From a virus (lineage: Duplodnaviria > Caudoviricetes), in IMG/VR virus record IMGVR_UViG_3300006059_000003, positions 1 through 63,933 of that record: a DNA stretch of 63,933 nucleotides, one strand, 5' to 3'. Shown one piece after another: positions 1 to 8,183 of this stretch (the first letter of the stretch is position 1; the number at the start of each line of letters is the position of its first letter). The position numbers were made by a program, and so were the translations under genes. The notes beneath the pieces are model-generated. The model worked only from the letters and a program-made list of their open reading frames with translations, was not told where the DNA came from and ran no database searches.

Positions 1-186
1 CTAGGTAGTATAACATGCAATGTATAACATTTGTATAGTATATAAGGTTATATCGCTGTTATATTATATAACTACTATAATATATACATAATATACATAT
101 ATACTATTATGATATATAGATAATAATATAAACTAAGGTCCAAAAAATACCCCAAAATGTGCAAATTTCCGAAGGGTGTTATACCA

Positions 187-209
187 TTTCGTTTTTTACC
201 GTTTTTATT
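187..209 (-). repeat. 23-bp ori-like motif (reverse copy, locus A)
   Basis: Reverse complement AATAAAAACGGTAAAAAACGAAA; matches copies at 39214, 39452(-), 63635, 63817. Confidence 0.8.
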
Positions 210-258
210 ATTGTTGATACTTGTTGACAACATGCTGTTAATTATTCGCGGTAGTTGC

Positions 259-278
259 GTGAAACATTTTTGTTTCAC
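259..278. repeat. Palindrome GTGAAACA-TTTT-TGTTTCAC (two parS half-sites back to back)
   Basis: Identical 20-mer also at 63397-63416. Confidence 0.8.
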
Positions 279-922
279 AGATTTACTTAGAAATAAGAGG
301 AATTCTTACAGTTATTTTGATTAACCCCTTCCTTTCTTTCTTTTTCCCTATAGATATATAATAATAGGAGAGGGTAGGTCTAGTTTCTGGATTGGAAAAA
401 GGGTACTCGATTCAATTCCTGAAATAACTTTTGGAGTAATTTCAATTACAGAATTTTGAGGAATGGTGGTAAGTCTAGTTTCTACATATACCCTTAGAGG
501 GTTTTTGTTTGGGTTTTTCCCTCTTATCTTGGTATTTAGAAACTACAGCAAGCTGGGGGTAGACTGCTCTGTGGGGATTTTTCTATAGAAAACCGCATTT
601 CATGGTATCACTGCGTCTAATTGCGTGTCAATGCCAATTTTTGGCACCTGTAGATACATATTAGGTAGTTATTGATAGTAAATACATGTAGTTATATGTA
701 GTTACTACCTTATAGGTTAAATACCCTGATATACCTATATGTATAAGAGACACTAAGTACAGAAATTACATTGTAATAATTGCAATTAGTACAAAAGTGA
801 AAAGCGGTATAGAGGATTGCGAATTAATGGAGATATTCCGGCATAATCTGGAATCCACCGAATTGCATACATATATGCAGATTCTTTTCCAGAGAATGAC
901 GCAGGAACACGGAAAACGGCAG

Positions 923-984
923 GATACGGGAAAATGCAGGTATCCTGCTATGAAATCGCTACACGGTCAATTCTGAGGCAGGAA
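923..984 (+). repeat. Degenerate ~62-bp direct repeat, copy 1
   Basis: GATACGGGAAAATG(C/T)AGG...ACGGTCAA-N6-GGCAGGAA; second copy at 6438-6500. Confidence 0.6.
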
Positions 985-1005
985 ACAGCATATATGAGCA
1001 GGGTA

Positions 1006-1035
1006 TTGACAGCAGATATATAGTTGTGTTAGTAT
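1006..1035 (+). promoter_or_regulatory. sigma70-type early promoter
   Basis: TTGACA-N18-TAGTAT with TG extended -10, upstream of RBS and ORF at 1087. Confidence 0.6.
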
Positions 1036-1086
1036 CCTGTTGTTGGGTATTGTCCTAACAATGCACTTTCACAAAGGAATACAGAA

Positions 1087-1224
1087 ATGAAAAAATTAGT
1101 AGATGTACTGATGTTTTTGCTATGTTTTGTTATTGCTATATCTATAGCAGTAATAAATAACTACACTAGTAATAATATTGCTAGAATCATAGTGAGAGGG
1201 ATAGGTACAGAAAATGCGAATTGA
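1087..1224 (+). CDS. Small membrane protein (45 aa)
   Basis: AAAGGA RBS; MKKLVDVLMFLLCFVIAISIAVI hydrophobic helix; below ORF-track cutoff. Confidence 0.5.
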   Translation: MKKLVDVLMFLLCFVIAISIAVINNYTSNNIARIIVRGIGTENAN

Positions 1225-1537
1225 CAGCGAACTAAGAACAGAACGGGTGAAATTACAATCCCCTATCGGCGATATGTGTGAGTATTGCGGTAAACATCTG
1301 GAAACAGGGAAATATTGCACAATCGTAGTAAACAAAGATGAATCTCGGTTTATTGATACAGGTGTTGATTTAATGGAGAAAATCCATCGTGTAAAAGCCG
1401 AAAATGGAGAAATGACACGGGAAGAGGGAAAAGAAGGCAATATGTTGTGTTTTCTAAATGCAGAAATGCAACATCTTGCAATCCGTCTAAATATCTACTG
1501 TTCTGAGAAGTGCTGTAAAGAGGATAAACAATTATGA
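1214..1537 (+). CDS. Hypothetical Zn-finger protein
   Basis: CxxC...LNIYCxxxC; similar to the 3940 product. Confidence 0.7.
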   Translation: MRIDSELRTERVKLQSPIGDMCEYCGKHLETGKYCTIVVNKDESRFIDTGVDLMEKIHRVKAENGEMTREEGKEGNMLCFLNAEMQHLAIRLNIYCSEKCCKEDKQL

Positions 1538-1701
1538 AGTTTGCCGAACTAATGGAAATGTTAGGGTATTTAAAACAGATATACCCTGCCACCAATTACC
1601 CTATGTATTACATACGTGTAATTACTCAATTCGGGAAAGTAGACATACGTGACTTTCGGGATTATGAAGGCTATAAACGCAGGATAGCAAATAGAGGATA
1701 G
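1534..1701 (+). CDS. Hypothetical protein (55 aa)
   Basis: ATGA overlap with the upstream stop, GAGGA RBS, followed by a terminator. Confidence 0.6.
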   Translation: MKFAELMEMLGYLKQIYPATNYPMYYIRVITQFGKVDIRDFRDYEGYKRRIANRG

Positions 1702-1720
1702 ATAATCTCTTTCCAAAGAA

Positions 1721-1761
1721 AACCGATACTCAAAAAACAAAAGAGTATCGGTTTTTTTTTT
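1721..1761 (+). terminator. Intrinsic terminator
   Basis: AACCGATACTC/GAGTATCGGTT stem plus poly-T. Confidence 0.85.
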
Positions 1762-1876
1762 GGTTTCCGATTTTGAAATACTGCCAGAATCTCAGGTTTT
1801 TAGTCTGATCTATTCCAGTATCGGGTATTGGGTGGCAGGGTATCGGGAAGAAATCCGATTTATTTTCTAAAATCTC

Positions 1877-1905
1877 TTGACACGCAGGATAAACGACGAT
1901 AGAAC
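1877..1905 (+). promoter_or_regulatory. sigma70-type promoter
   Basis: TTGACA-N17-TAGAAC. Confidence 0.45.
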
Positions 1906-2074
1906 CTTGATGTGCTATTCGGTCTTGAAATAGACCACGGTTTACCGATACCTGCGTAGACTTGCTAGAAACGTTTGATATGATTTTCTGTTTTCCGTAA
2001 AGGCATAGCGGATTAAATGCAGAAAGTGTACCTGTAATTCTAGAGATAGTGTCGCTGTCTAAAGTCGGAAATAT

Positions 2075-2259
2075 AACTGTATAGTTTGTGGATTATCTCC
2101 ACATAATAGCGTGTTCCCTCCTATCTAATCCCTCCAATGGGTGATTCCCGATAAAGCGGTATTTTCTACCGCATAATTTAACCTTCTATCGCAAAATCAC
2201 CCAACCTAAACGAATACGCTATTATGCCGGAATACCTGCTCATTATATAGACTATAGTT
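2075..2259 (+). ncRNA. Candidate structured RNA / leader
   Basis: Nested stems 2102-2116/2212-2226, 2138-2146/2195-2203, 2156-2161/2167-2172, with G-U pairs on the + strand; no ORF. Confidence 0.5.
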
Positions 2260-2295
2260 TCAAGGACAAAAAATACACGAAGGAAAATTCCTCAA

Positions 2296-2676
2296 ATGGC
2301 AACAACAACGAAACCCGCAACAACCCCGGCAGGGTTAAAGAAAAACAATCCTCCTGCCCCTTCTCCTGTAAAAACAACGGCTAAAACCGCTGTATCTACT
2401 CCCCCGGCTAAGCGTCTAATACCTGCTGTAACGCAGGAAACAGAAGACAGCGACGAAGGCAGCGACGAAGAGACTAATATCATACTGTCTAAGGATGGTA
2501 AATCGCTTACCATAGTTATTCCTGTTAACCTGCTCACACCTTCAACCAATGAAAAAGGGAATTTTATTGTAGGTAAAACATCGTTTACGAACGATGTTGC
2601 TACAATCCCTACGGGAAAGCACAAAGGAAAGAAATTAATCCTCTCGCCTATAACCGCATTTTTCAAACCTAAATAA
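2296..2676 (+). CDS. Hypothetical protein with Lys/Pro/Thr-rich N-terminus
   Basis: AAGGA RBS; 126-aa ORF. Confidence 0.75.
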   Translation: MATTTKPATTPAGLKKNNPPAPSPVKTTAKTAVSTPPAKRLIPAVTQETEDSDEGSDEETNIILSKDGKSLTIVIPVNLLTPSTNEKGNFIVGKTSFTNDVATIPTGKHKGKKLILSPITAFFKPK

Positions 2677-2688
2677 TTTAGACTGAAT

Positions 2689-3912
2689 ATGCGGAAAATA
2701 AACGACTGGAAAACAGGATTTAATATCCTCGCTGAATATTTCTATACCAGAGGAGATACACAAAACACCATGCCACAAAGGAAAACAAAACCAATGCCTG
2801 TAAAAACCTTGATACTTGCCGATTTTACCAAAAACGGCAACAGTCATACGTTTACCGATACGACCGGAAAATATACACTTCTCCTTAGTGAGAAGTTTAA
2901 GACGTTTGAGGTAAAACACAATCGGGAAGTTATCGGCGACGGGATAAAGGGAGTTGTCAACGCTGTAAACGTTGTCAATGAGTATCGAAAGGAAAACGAA
3001 CCTGTGAAAACTGTAGTAACAACGAATAAAGGCAAAATTGCCACTACCGCAAAACCTGCGACTATCGGAAAGTCGGCACCTGTTGAAGTCATGGAGACAA
3101 GGAACGGGAAGATTGTAGAAAAGAAGGGTACACCTGTCGTTTCTGCAAAATCTGTACCTGCTGTTCCTGCGAAAGCAACAACAGCAAAACCTGCTACTAA
3201 AGCGAAGAAAATTCTTGCATTTCCTGAATATGAGGAGTGGGAGGGATACCCTGTACGGAAATCACACGAAACTGTTCGTCGCGGAAAAACTGTAGAGGTT
3301 TTCGACGAAACAGAAGAGGAATATAACAAGCGGGTTAAAGGCGGGAAACTCCAATGGGGAAAAGCACGAAAAGCGTATAACGCCGAACATGGTTTAGAGG
3401 ACGTCTCTGTACCTGTACCTGCAAAAACTACGCGAAAAGCGAAGGACGAAGATGACGACGAACCAACAGAACGCGCCCCCCGTGATTTTGGAGAAAGAGG
3501 GAATTCTTTCAATGGTGGAGTATCTCCTACTCCATTAGAATTTCTCCTCGCTCGTCGGGAATCTGCACTCGGAACACGGGAATATGCTATCTCATTCGGA
3601 GCACTTCACCCGTATGGAGAGAATTGGAAGAAACAATTCTTTCCGGCGGTTGAGCGTATCTATAATCTGGAATTGGATATTCATTCAATTGCAGAAAATA
3701 CAGGTGAGAAACCGCCAAAAGGGTACGAACCGATGTATTTCGGGAAAACGGTTTCTGATTTAGACGAAGCAGAAGCCGAAGCAATTACGGAACACTATAT
3801 GGTGTTTCGAGAGGCAAACCCGATTTACGACCGAAAAGGTGAACCTATTGACCCTTGCCTTGAGGGAATGCTAGAAACCAAAAAGAAGGTCACACCTAAT
3901 CGTCGGAAGTAG
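2689..3912 (+). CDS. Hypothetical protein with histone-H1-like K/A/T/P linker (true start may be 2770)
   Basis: 407-aa ORF; AGGAGA RBS upstream of ATG 2770; PAKATTAKPATKAKK repeats. Confidence 0.8.
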   Translation: MRKINDWKTGFNILAEYFYTRGDTQNTMPQRKTKPMPVKTLILADFTKNGNSHTFTDTTGKYTLLLSEKFKTFEVKHNREVIGDGIKGVVNAVNVVNEYRKENEPVKTVVTTNKGKIATTAKPATIGKSAPVEVMETRNGKIVEKKGTPVVSAKSVPAVPAKATTAKPATKAKKILAFPEYEEWEGYPVRKSHETVRRGKTVEVFDETEEEYNKRVKGGKLQWGKARKAYNAEHGLEDVSVPVPAKTTRKAKDEDDDEPTERAPRDFGERGNSFNGGVSPTPLEFLLARRESALGTREYAISFGALHPYGENWKKQFFPAVERIYNLELDIHSIAENTGEKPPKGYEPMYFGKTVSDLDEAEAEAITEHYMVFREANPIYDRKGEPIDPCLEGMLETKKKVTPNRRK

Positions 3913-3939
3913 TGACAATAAGCCAGATATAGAACCTAC

Positions 3940-4302
3940 ATGGTTTTGTATCTGGCTTTTCTTTTGCCTGAATTGAAAGGAATACAAACAGTGAGTTATC
4001 ATCCAATAGAAGAAAGTCCGGTACAGAAACCGGAAACGAAAACGCCGAAAATTACGGAAATGTATCCGACTGATGTAGTATTTTCGGTTATTCCGAAAAA
4101 TCCCGAACATGAGAAATTCTGTGACGTATGCAAGCAGGAAATAAACTCAGGTAGTTGTGTTGTGAGTGTACCTAAGATGTTTTGCGAACAGCGAAACAAA
4201 TTAGACTACCTGTTAAATATCTACTGTCTGGATTGTGGCAGTACTGCACAAACAGCAAGGGAACGACATGAGGAGTATATGGAGGCAAGTAGACGAGGAT
4301 GA
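3940..4302 (+). CDS. Hypothetical Zn-finger protein (start may be GTG 3991)
   Basis: CDVC...LNIYCLDC; paralog of 1214. Confidence 0.7.
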   Translation: MVLYLAFLLPELKGIQTVSYHPIEESPVQKPETKTPKITEMYPTDVVFSVIPKNPEHEKFCDVCKQEINSGSCVVSVPKMFCEQRNKLDYLLNIYCLDCGSTAQTARERHEEYMEASRRG

Positions 4303-4508
4303 ACAGAGGAAACCAACAAGGACAAAAACTACAGCGATATGTAGTTCGTATACATGTGGAAGATGGCAGTGAATCCGGCTTTTACTATTTGTGTACTGTA
4401 TCCGCTCCTTTACATAGCGCCGCTATAGAAATTGCACGAATACAGCAGAATTTATCCGATACCTGCGTGTTAGTGGCGAAACTTTGCTACCACCAAAATG
4501 AGCGATAG
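4299..4508 (+). CDS. Hypothetical protein
   Basis: ATGA coupling to upstream gene; terminator follows. Confidence 0.6.
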   Translation: MNRGNQQGQKLQRYVVRIHVEDGSESGFYYLCTVSAPLHSAAIEIARIQQNLSDTCVLVAKLCYHQNER

Positions 4509-4533
4509 ATAATCTCTTTTCCAGAGAAACCGG

Positions 4534-4569
4534 AAACCGATACCTCAAAAGGGTATCGGTTTTTTTTTT
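4534..4569 (+). terminator. Intrinsic terminator
   Basis: ACCGATACC/GGTATCGGT stem plus T10; related to the 1721 terminator. Confidence 0.85.
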
Positions 4570-4610
4570 GCCTATTTTTATTGATTATGTGGATTTTCTA
4601 CAGACTCTTC

Positions 4611-4639
4611 TTGACAACGTTTTAAGACCGTGCTACAGT
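4611..4639 (+). promoter_or_regulatory. sigma70-type promoter
   Basis: TTGACA-N17-TACAGT with TG extension. Confidence 0.6.
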
Positions 4640-4682
4640 CTCTTTAGGTGATACATACCCGGAAAGTCAGGAACTACAGACA

Positions 4683-4904
4683 ATGAACAAGTATACTTTT
4701 TACAACATGACACTCTCTATGGAAACAGAAGAGTTTACAGCAGAAAATGCTACGGAAGCATTCAAGCACTTCTGCAAAATTTCCCGATACAAATACATTG
4801 GTATCTCAATGGTAGAAATCAAAGGGGTCAAGCGAACAGTAAGAATTGCAGATACACAGGGTATAGATGGTATCTGTATCTATATGTCCTACTCAGTAGA
4901 CTAA
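4683..4904 (+). CDS. Hypothetical protein
   Basis: AGGA RBS, downstream of promoter. Confidence 0.65.
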   Translation: MNKYTFYNMTLSMETEEFTAENATEAFKHFCKISRYKYIGISMVEIKGVKRTVRIADTQGIDGICIYMSYSVD

Positions 4905-4965
4905 TCAAAGGGGATTAATTCCCTTTCTTAATGCAGGTATTAACCGTCACAACCCGGTATGAGAA

Positions 4966-5208
4966 ATGCAGAGTGAGAAAAGAGTACAGATAATGTTTCA
5001 AACAGTTTTAAATGAAGTTATCGCCAATACGGAATCTAATTCCATTACGACGATTGACACATTAGAAGTTTTTACTTCATGGGTGAAGGAATATGCTGAT
5101 AGTATCGGGTATGAAATACCAGTAAAGGCCATAGATGTTCTTTACTATGTATACTGTGAAATTTTGAGAGTAACAGGGATACCCTTCTCTAATGATAATG
5201 AAAGGTAA
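4966..5208 (+). CDS. Hypothetical protein
   Basis: 80-aa ORF in early operon. Confidence 0.6.
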   Translation: MQSEKRVQIMFQTVLNEVIANTESNSITTIDTLEVFTSWVKEYADSIGYEIPVKAIDVLYYVYCEILRVTGIPFSNDNER

Positions 5209-5308
5209 ATCAAAGGGAAGTTTCTTCCCTTTCTAATGAGACTACAGATTATATTATCTGTACCTGTTGCAAGTCAGGATAAACTCAGAGCAGGAAGGAC
5301 CTTAAAAA

Positions 5309-5422
5309 ATGAATATCGCCACTAAAGCAGTATTTTATACTGCTGTTCTCCTGTTGTCCTATGTGATGTCAGGATTTCTTCTGATGTTTCTTTTCTCCGT
5401 TATGTTCGGAATGAAAGGATAG
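5309..5422 (+). CDS. Small membrane peptide (37 aa)
   Basis: AAGGA RBS; hydrophobic AVFYTAVLLLSYVMSGFLLMFLFSVMF. Confidence 0.5.
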   Translation: MNIATKAVFYTAVLLLSYVMSGFLLMFLFSVMFGMKG

Positions 5423-5427
5423 AATCA

Positions 5428-5664
5428 ATGAAACCTGAGTTATTCGTTTTACGCGAAAGAAAGAAGGAACTGTATGAATTGTACAGACAAACAGAGGAAT
5501 ACTGTTCTGAATTCATCTTCAATAGTGTAGAGGATGAAAATGTATACAATTCTGCTAAATCTAAACTAACAGATATAGAACAGGAGATAGGCACAATCAA
5601 CTCAGAGATTAAATCTCTAATCCATGAAACGTACACAAGGGAAGATGGTACAGTAAGATGGTAA
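5428..5664 (+). CDS. Hypothetical coiled-coil protein
   Basis: AAAGGA RBS; heptad-like pattern. Confidence 0.65.
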   Translation: MKPELFVLRERKKELYELYRQTEEYCSEFIFNSVEDENVYNSAKSKLTDIEQEIGTINSEIKSLIHETYTREDGTVRW

Positions 5665-5891
5665 AACCGAAATGGTTACAGAAACCGCTTACTGATTTAA
5701 CGCTCCCGCAACTAAGGAAAGTTAAATACATGTATGAAGAATTGATACGAAGAAGTGCAGAAATTACCGTATCATCCGAACAAACGAAAGAGCAGAAGGA
5801 AAGAGCAGAAACAAGAAAAGCAGGGTATGAAGAGAAACTAGCGAAGGTCAAGGAGGAGATACAGCAACGAACCAAAAAAACAAAGTGGTAA
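5658..5891 (+). CDS. Hypothetical basic coiled-coil protein
   Basis: Overlaps upstream stop; terminator follows. Confidence 0.65.
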   Translation: MVKPKWLQKPLTDLTLPQLRKVKYMYEELIRRSAEITVSSEQTKEQKERAETRKAGYEEKLAKVKEEIQQRTKKTKW

Positions 5892-5899
5892 CACTAAAG

Positions 5900-5931
5900 A
5901 AACAACCTAAGAAATTAGGTTGTTTTTTTTT
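5900..5931 (+). terminator. Intrinsic terminator (duplicated at 6382)
   Basis: AAACAACCTAA-GAAA-TTAGGTTGTTT plus T-tract. Confidence 0.85.
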
Positions 5932-5963
5932 GTCTTATTTATCTGTAGTTTTTACATTTCCTA

Positions 5964-5992
5964 TTGACACTCTAAGAAATCAGCGTTACTAT
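5964..5992 (+). promoter_or_regulatory. sigma70-type promoter
   Basis: TTGACA-N17-TACTAT. Confidence 0.65.
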
Positions 5993-6045
5993 CTTTTCGC
6001 GGGTACACACAAAATAAAGCATACTCGCTAACGAAGGGAATTAAA

Positions 6046-6360
6046 ATGAAAACTACAGACGTTACTTATTCTCTTACTCTCCATTCGTGGGAAAAGGAAG
6101 AAGTATGGAATAATGCATTTTCTATGCTTCTTGATTTTGGTCTTGACAATGAGGATATTTCTTTCTCTATAGGTGACCTTACCAGAAGCAACAACGGGTA
6201 TCATATTCCTTGTGTTGTTATCGTTCCTGAGGTAGACGGAACACAATACGAGATGGATTCCTGCTTTCAAGTTTTCCGTTGCCCATGCGGCGCAATAGGT
6301 ATACAGTATGGAGAGGGAAGTATGTTGTGCCATAAATGCGGATTAGATTCTGATGTATAG
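6046..6360 (+). CDS. Hypothetical protein with C-terminal Zn ribbon
   Basis: CPCG...CHKCG; AAGGGA RBS. Confidence 0.7.
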   Translation: MKTTDVTYSLTLHSWEKEEVWNNAFSMLLDFGLDNEDISFSIGDLTRSNNGYHIPCVVIVPEVDGTQYEMDSCFQVFRCPCGAIGIQYGEGSMLCHKCGLDSDV

Positions 6361-6381
6361 AATCTAAAAGCCGAACTAAAG

Positions 6382-6412
6382 AAACAACCTAAGAAATTAG
6401 GTTGTTTTTTTT
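6382..6412 (+). terminator. Intrinsic terminator
   Basis: Same hairpin as 5900-5931. Confidence 0.85.
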
Positions 6413-6437
6413 GTCTCTGGAATAGCCAGATATGCCA

Positions 6438-6500
6438 GATACGGGAAAATGTAGGGATTCATGGGTACAACCGTGTGTACGGTCAAAAGAATGGCAGGAA
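6438..6500 (+). repeat. Degenerate ~62-bp direct repeat, copy 2
   Basis: Matches 923-984 at both conserved blocks. Confidence 0.6.
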
Positions 6501-6896
6501 TCGGTATTCCCTAATCCCTGTCAGGGTATGGAATCGGGAATAATCGGAAGAATTGACATAGATCGGCTATCGTCTATCGGTATTCTCTTTCCAGAGAGAA
6601 TATGATTTTGCTTCTGGCTTATGGTCCGCTTTTACATACTAGATATACATACTGCGACGGGCGATACCGCAGGGTATACCAGTGTGAAACATGATTATTT
6701 TTTATCTGCTACTCTGTGAAACATTAGAAGATACCCTAAAACCGCTATAATTGACCGTACAGGTGCCTCCAGCTATTGCCCCCTATGATTCTACCTTCTG
6801 TTTTTCCTACGGCTTATGTAGGGAATGTTCAATTCCCCCTATATAGTTATACAATCAAGATGTAGTTAATACAGATAAAGCAAAACAGGGTAAAAA

Positions 6897-6912
6897 CGTT
6901 CCACGTGGAACA
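6897..6912. promoter_or_regulatory. parS-like centromere site
   Basis: CGTTCCACGTGGAACA; perfect 14-bp palindrome GTTCCACGTGGAAC fitting the bacterial parS consensus TGTTNCACGTGAAACA. Confidence 0.7.
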
Positions 6913-7321
6913 CCTTAAAACTGATAACTATTGATATATCTGATATAGAAACTAATAGTAATTGATAGATAACGTATGTTTCACGGAAATTGGTGTTTTG
7001 TTTTATGGGTGATTTCTGCTGATATATCTATTTAGACCCTACGCGGAATAGAATTCTCTTTCCAGAGAGGAGAGGGAATGGTTTCCTGTATATCAGATAT
7101 GGTTATCTGCATACGCGGATTAGATAGATATATTAGATATATTAGATATATTAACTATGACGATGATAATTGATTTATCTATATTAATGATTATATTAAG
7201 CTTAACTTATATGTTGTATGTAGTCTTGATTTTGCAATTATTAACCTTAGTTTACTGTTTCACTACGTAAACTAAGGTTTGGGATAATTGCTTTATTTAT
7301 TATATACAGAAGGGGATTAAC

Positions 7322-7345
7322 GGGATATTAGGGTTAGGGTTAGGG
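7322..7345 (+). repeat. (TTAGGG)3 / G-quadruplex motif
   Basis: GGGATATTAGGGTTAGGGTTAGGG: four G3 tracts. Confidence 0.7.
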
Positions 7346-7477
7346 TATGGAGATACAGCGTTATGTGTTGATGGCATGATTTGTAGAAAGTATTGATATG
7401 GAGATGATATGGAGAGGGGATGGTCTGATATGTTGGCATGTTGGCATGTTGTTTACTTCGTAACCTAATATAAGTTT

Positions 7478-8174
7478 CTACACTAAGGTTTGATAGAATG
7501 GTTGGAGGAAAAATATTTTTGGTTTGCTATAAATCATTGTTAGCATATGTTGATAATTGTTGATAGTTTAGGGAACGGTCTGGAATCCGATTTATATGCT
7601 TGCTTGCTTGACGATTTTGGGTTGTTCGGGTAAGGTATGACCGTTCCACATGAAACGTTTTCTTTCCACATGGAATTCGTTTTCCCTTCTTTCCTCTCCT
7701 CTGTAGTTTCTCCATAACGTTATCCACGGTCGTTTCCTGCCGTTCCTAGACTACCTATACAGGTGTTAGTGTAGCATGTTAGGTAGGTATAGACGATTCT
7801 AAATTTTCTACAGTAAGGGTATATCAGACGTTACAGGTAGTGTTAGGGTTTCTCCACATTTCCTACACTAATAATAACTGTATTTACTACTCCTGAGATT
7901 CTACACTAAGGTAATTTTAGGTCTAAAACCTTAACTTCCTGCTTCTGTAATTTCTACTCTGTATCTGTAGTTTCTATCCTTCTGTTTAGTGTAGGTTCTA
8001 ACCCTATAGTTATACCTGTAGGAACTTAACCTGACACCCTTGCTCCCTTTTTGGTGTATTTTCTAGGGATGGCCGTGGGCATCATAGTTTTGAAAATCCT
8101 AATTACTATACCTTATCTGTAGAAACTAAGGTTATCTACATATGAAAATCCAAACCATCCTACTCTTAGTGTAG
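7478..8174. repeat. Cluster of six CTACACTAA 9-mers
   Basis: + at 7478, 7863, 7901; - at 7766, 7986, 8166. Confidence 0.7.
7642..7677. promoter_or_regulatory. Two degenerate parS-like sites
   Basis: CGTTCCACATGAAACG and CTTTCCACATGGAATT. Confidence 0.45.
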
Positions 8175-8183
8175 AAACTAAGG

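Noticed and set aside
75-278. 67-aa minus-strand ORF at the window start
   Set aside because: Its low-complexity Tyr/Ile run is just the translation of the AT-rich origin-like locus.
6553-6590. TTGACA at 6553 as a promoter
   Set aside because: No acceptable -10 element at 16-18 bp spacing and no downstream ORF.
7328-7345. Eukaryotic telomere contamination
   Set aside because: Only three units, internal, and surrounded by phage-specific motifs.
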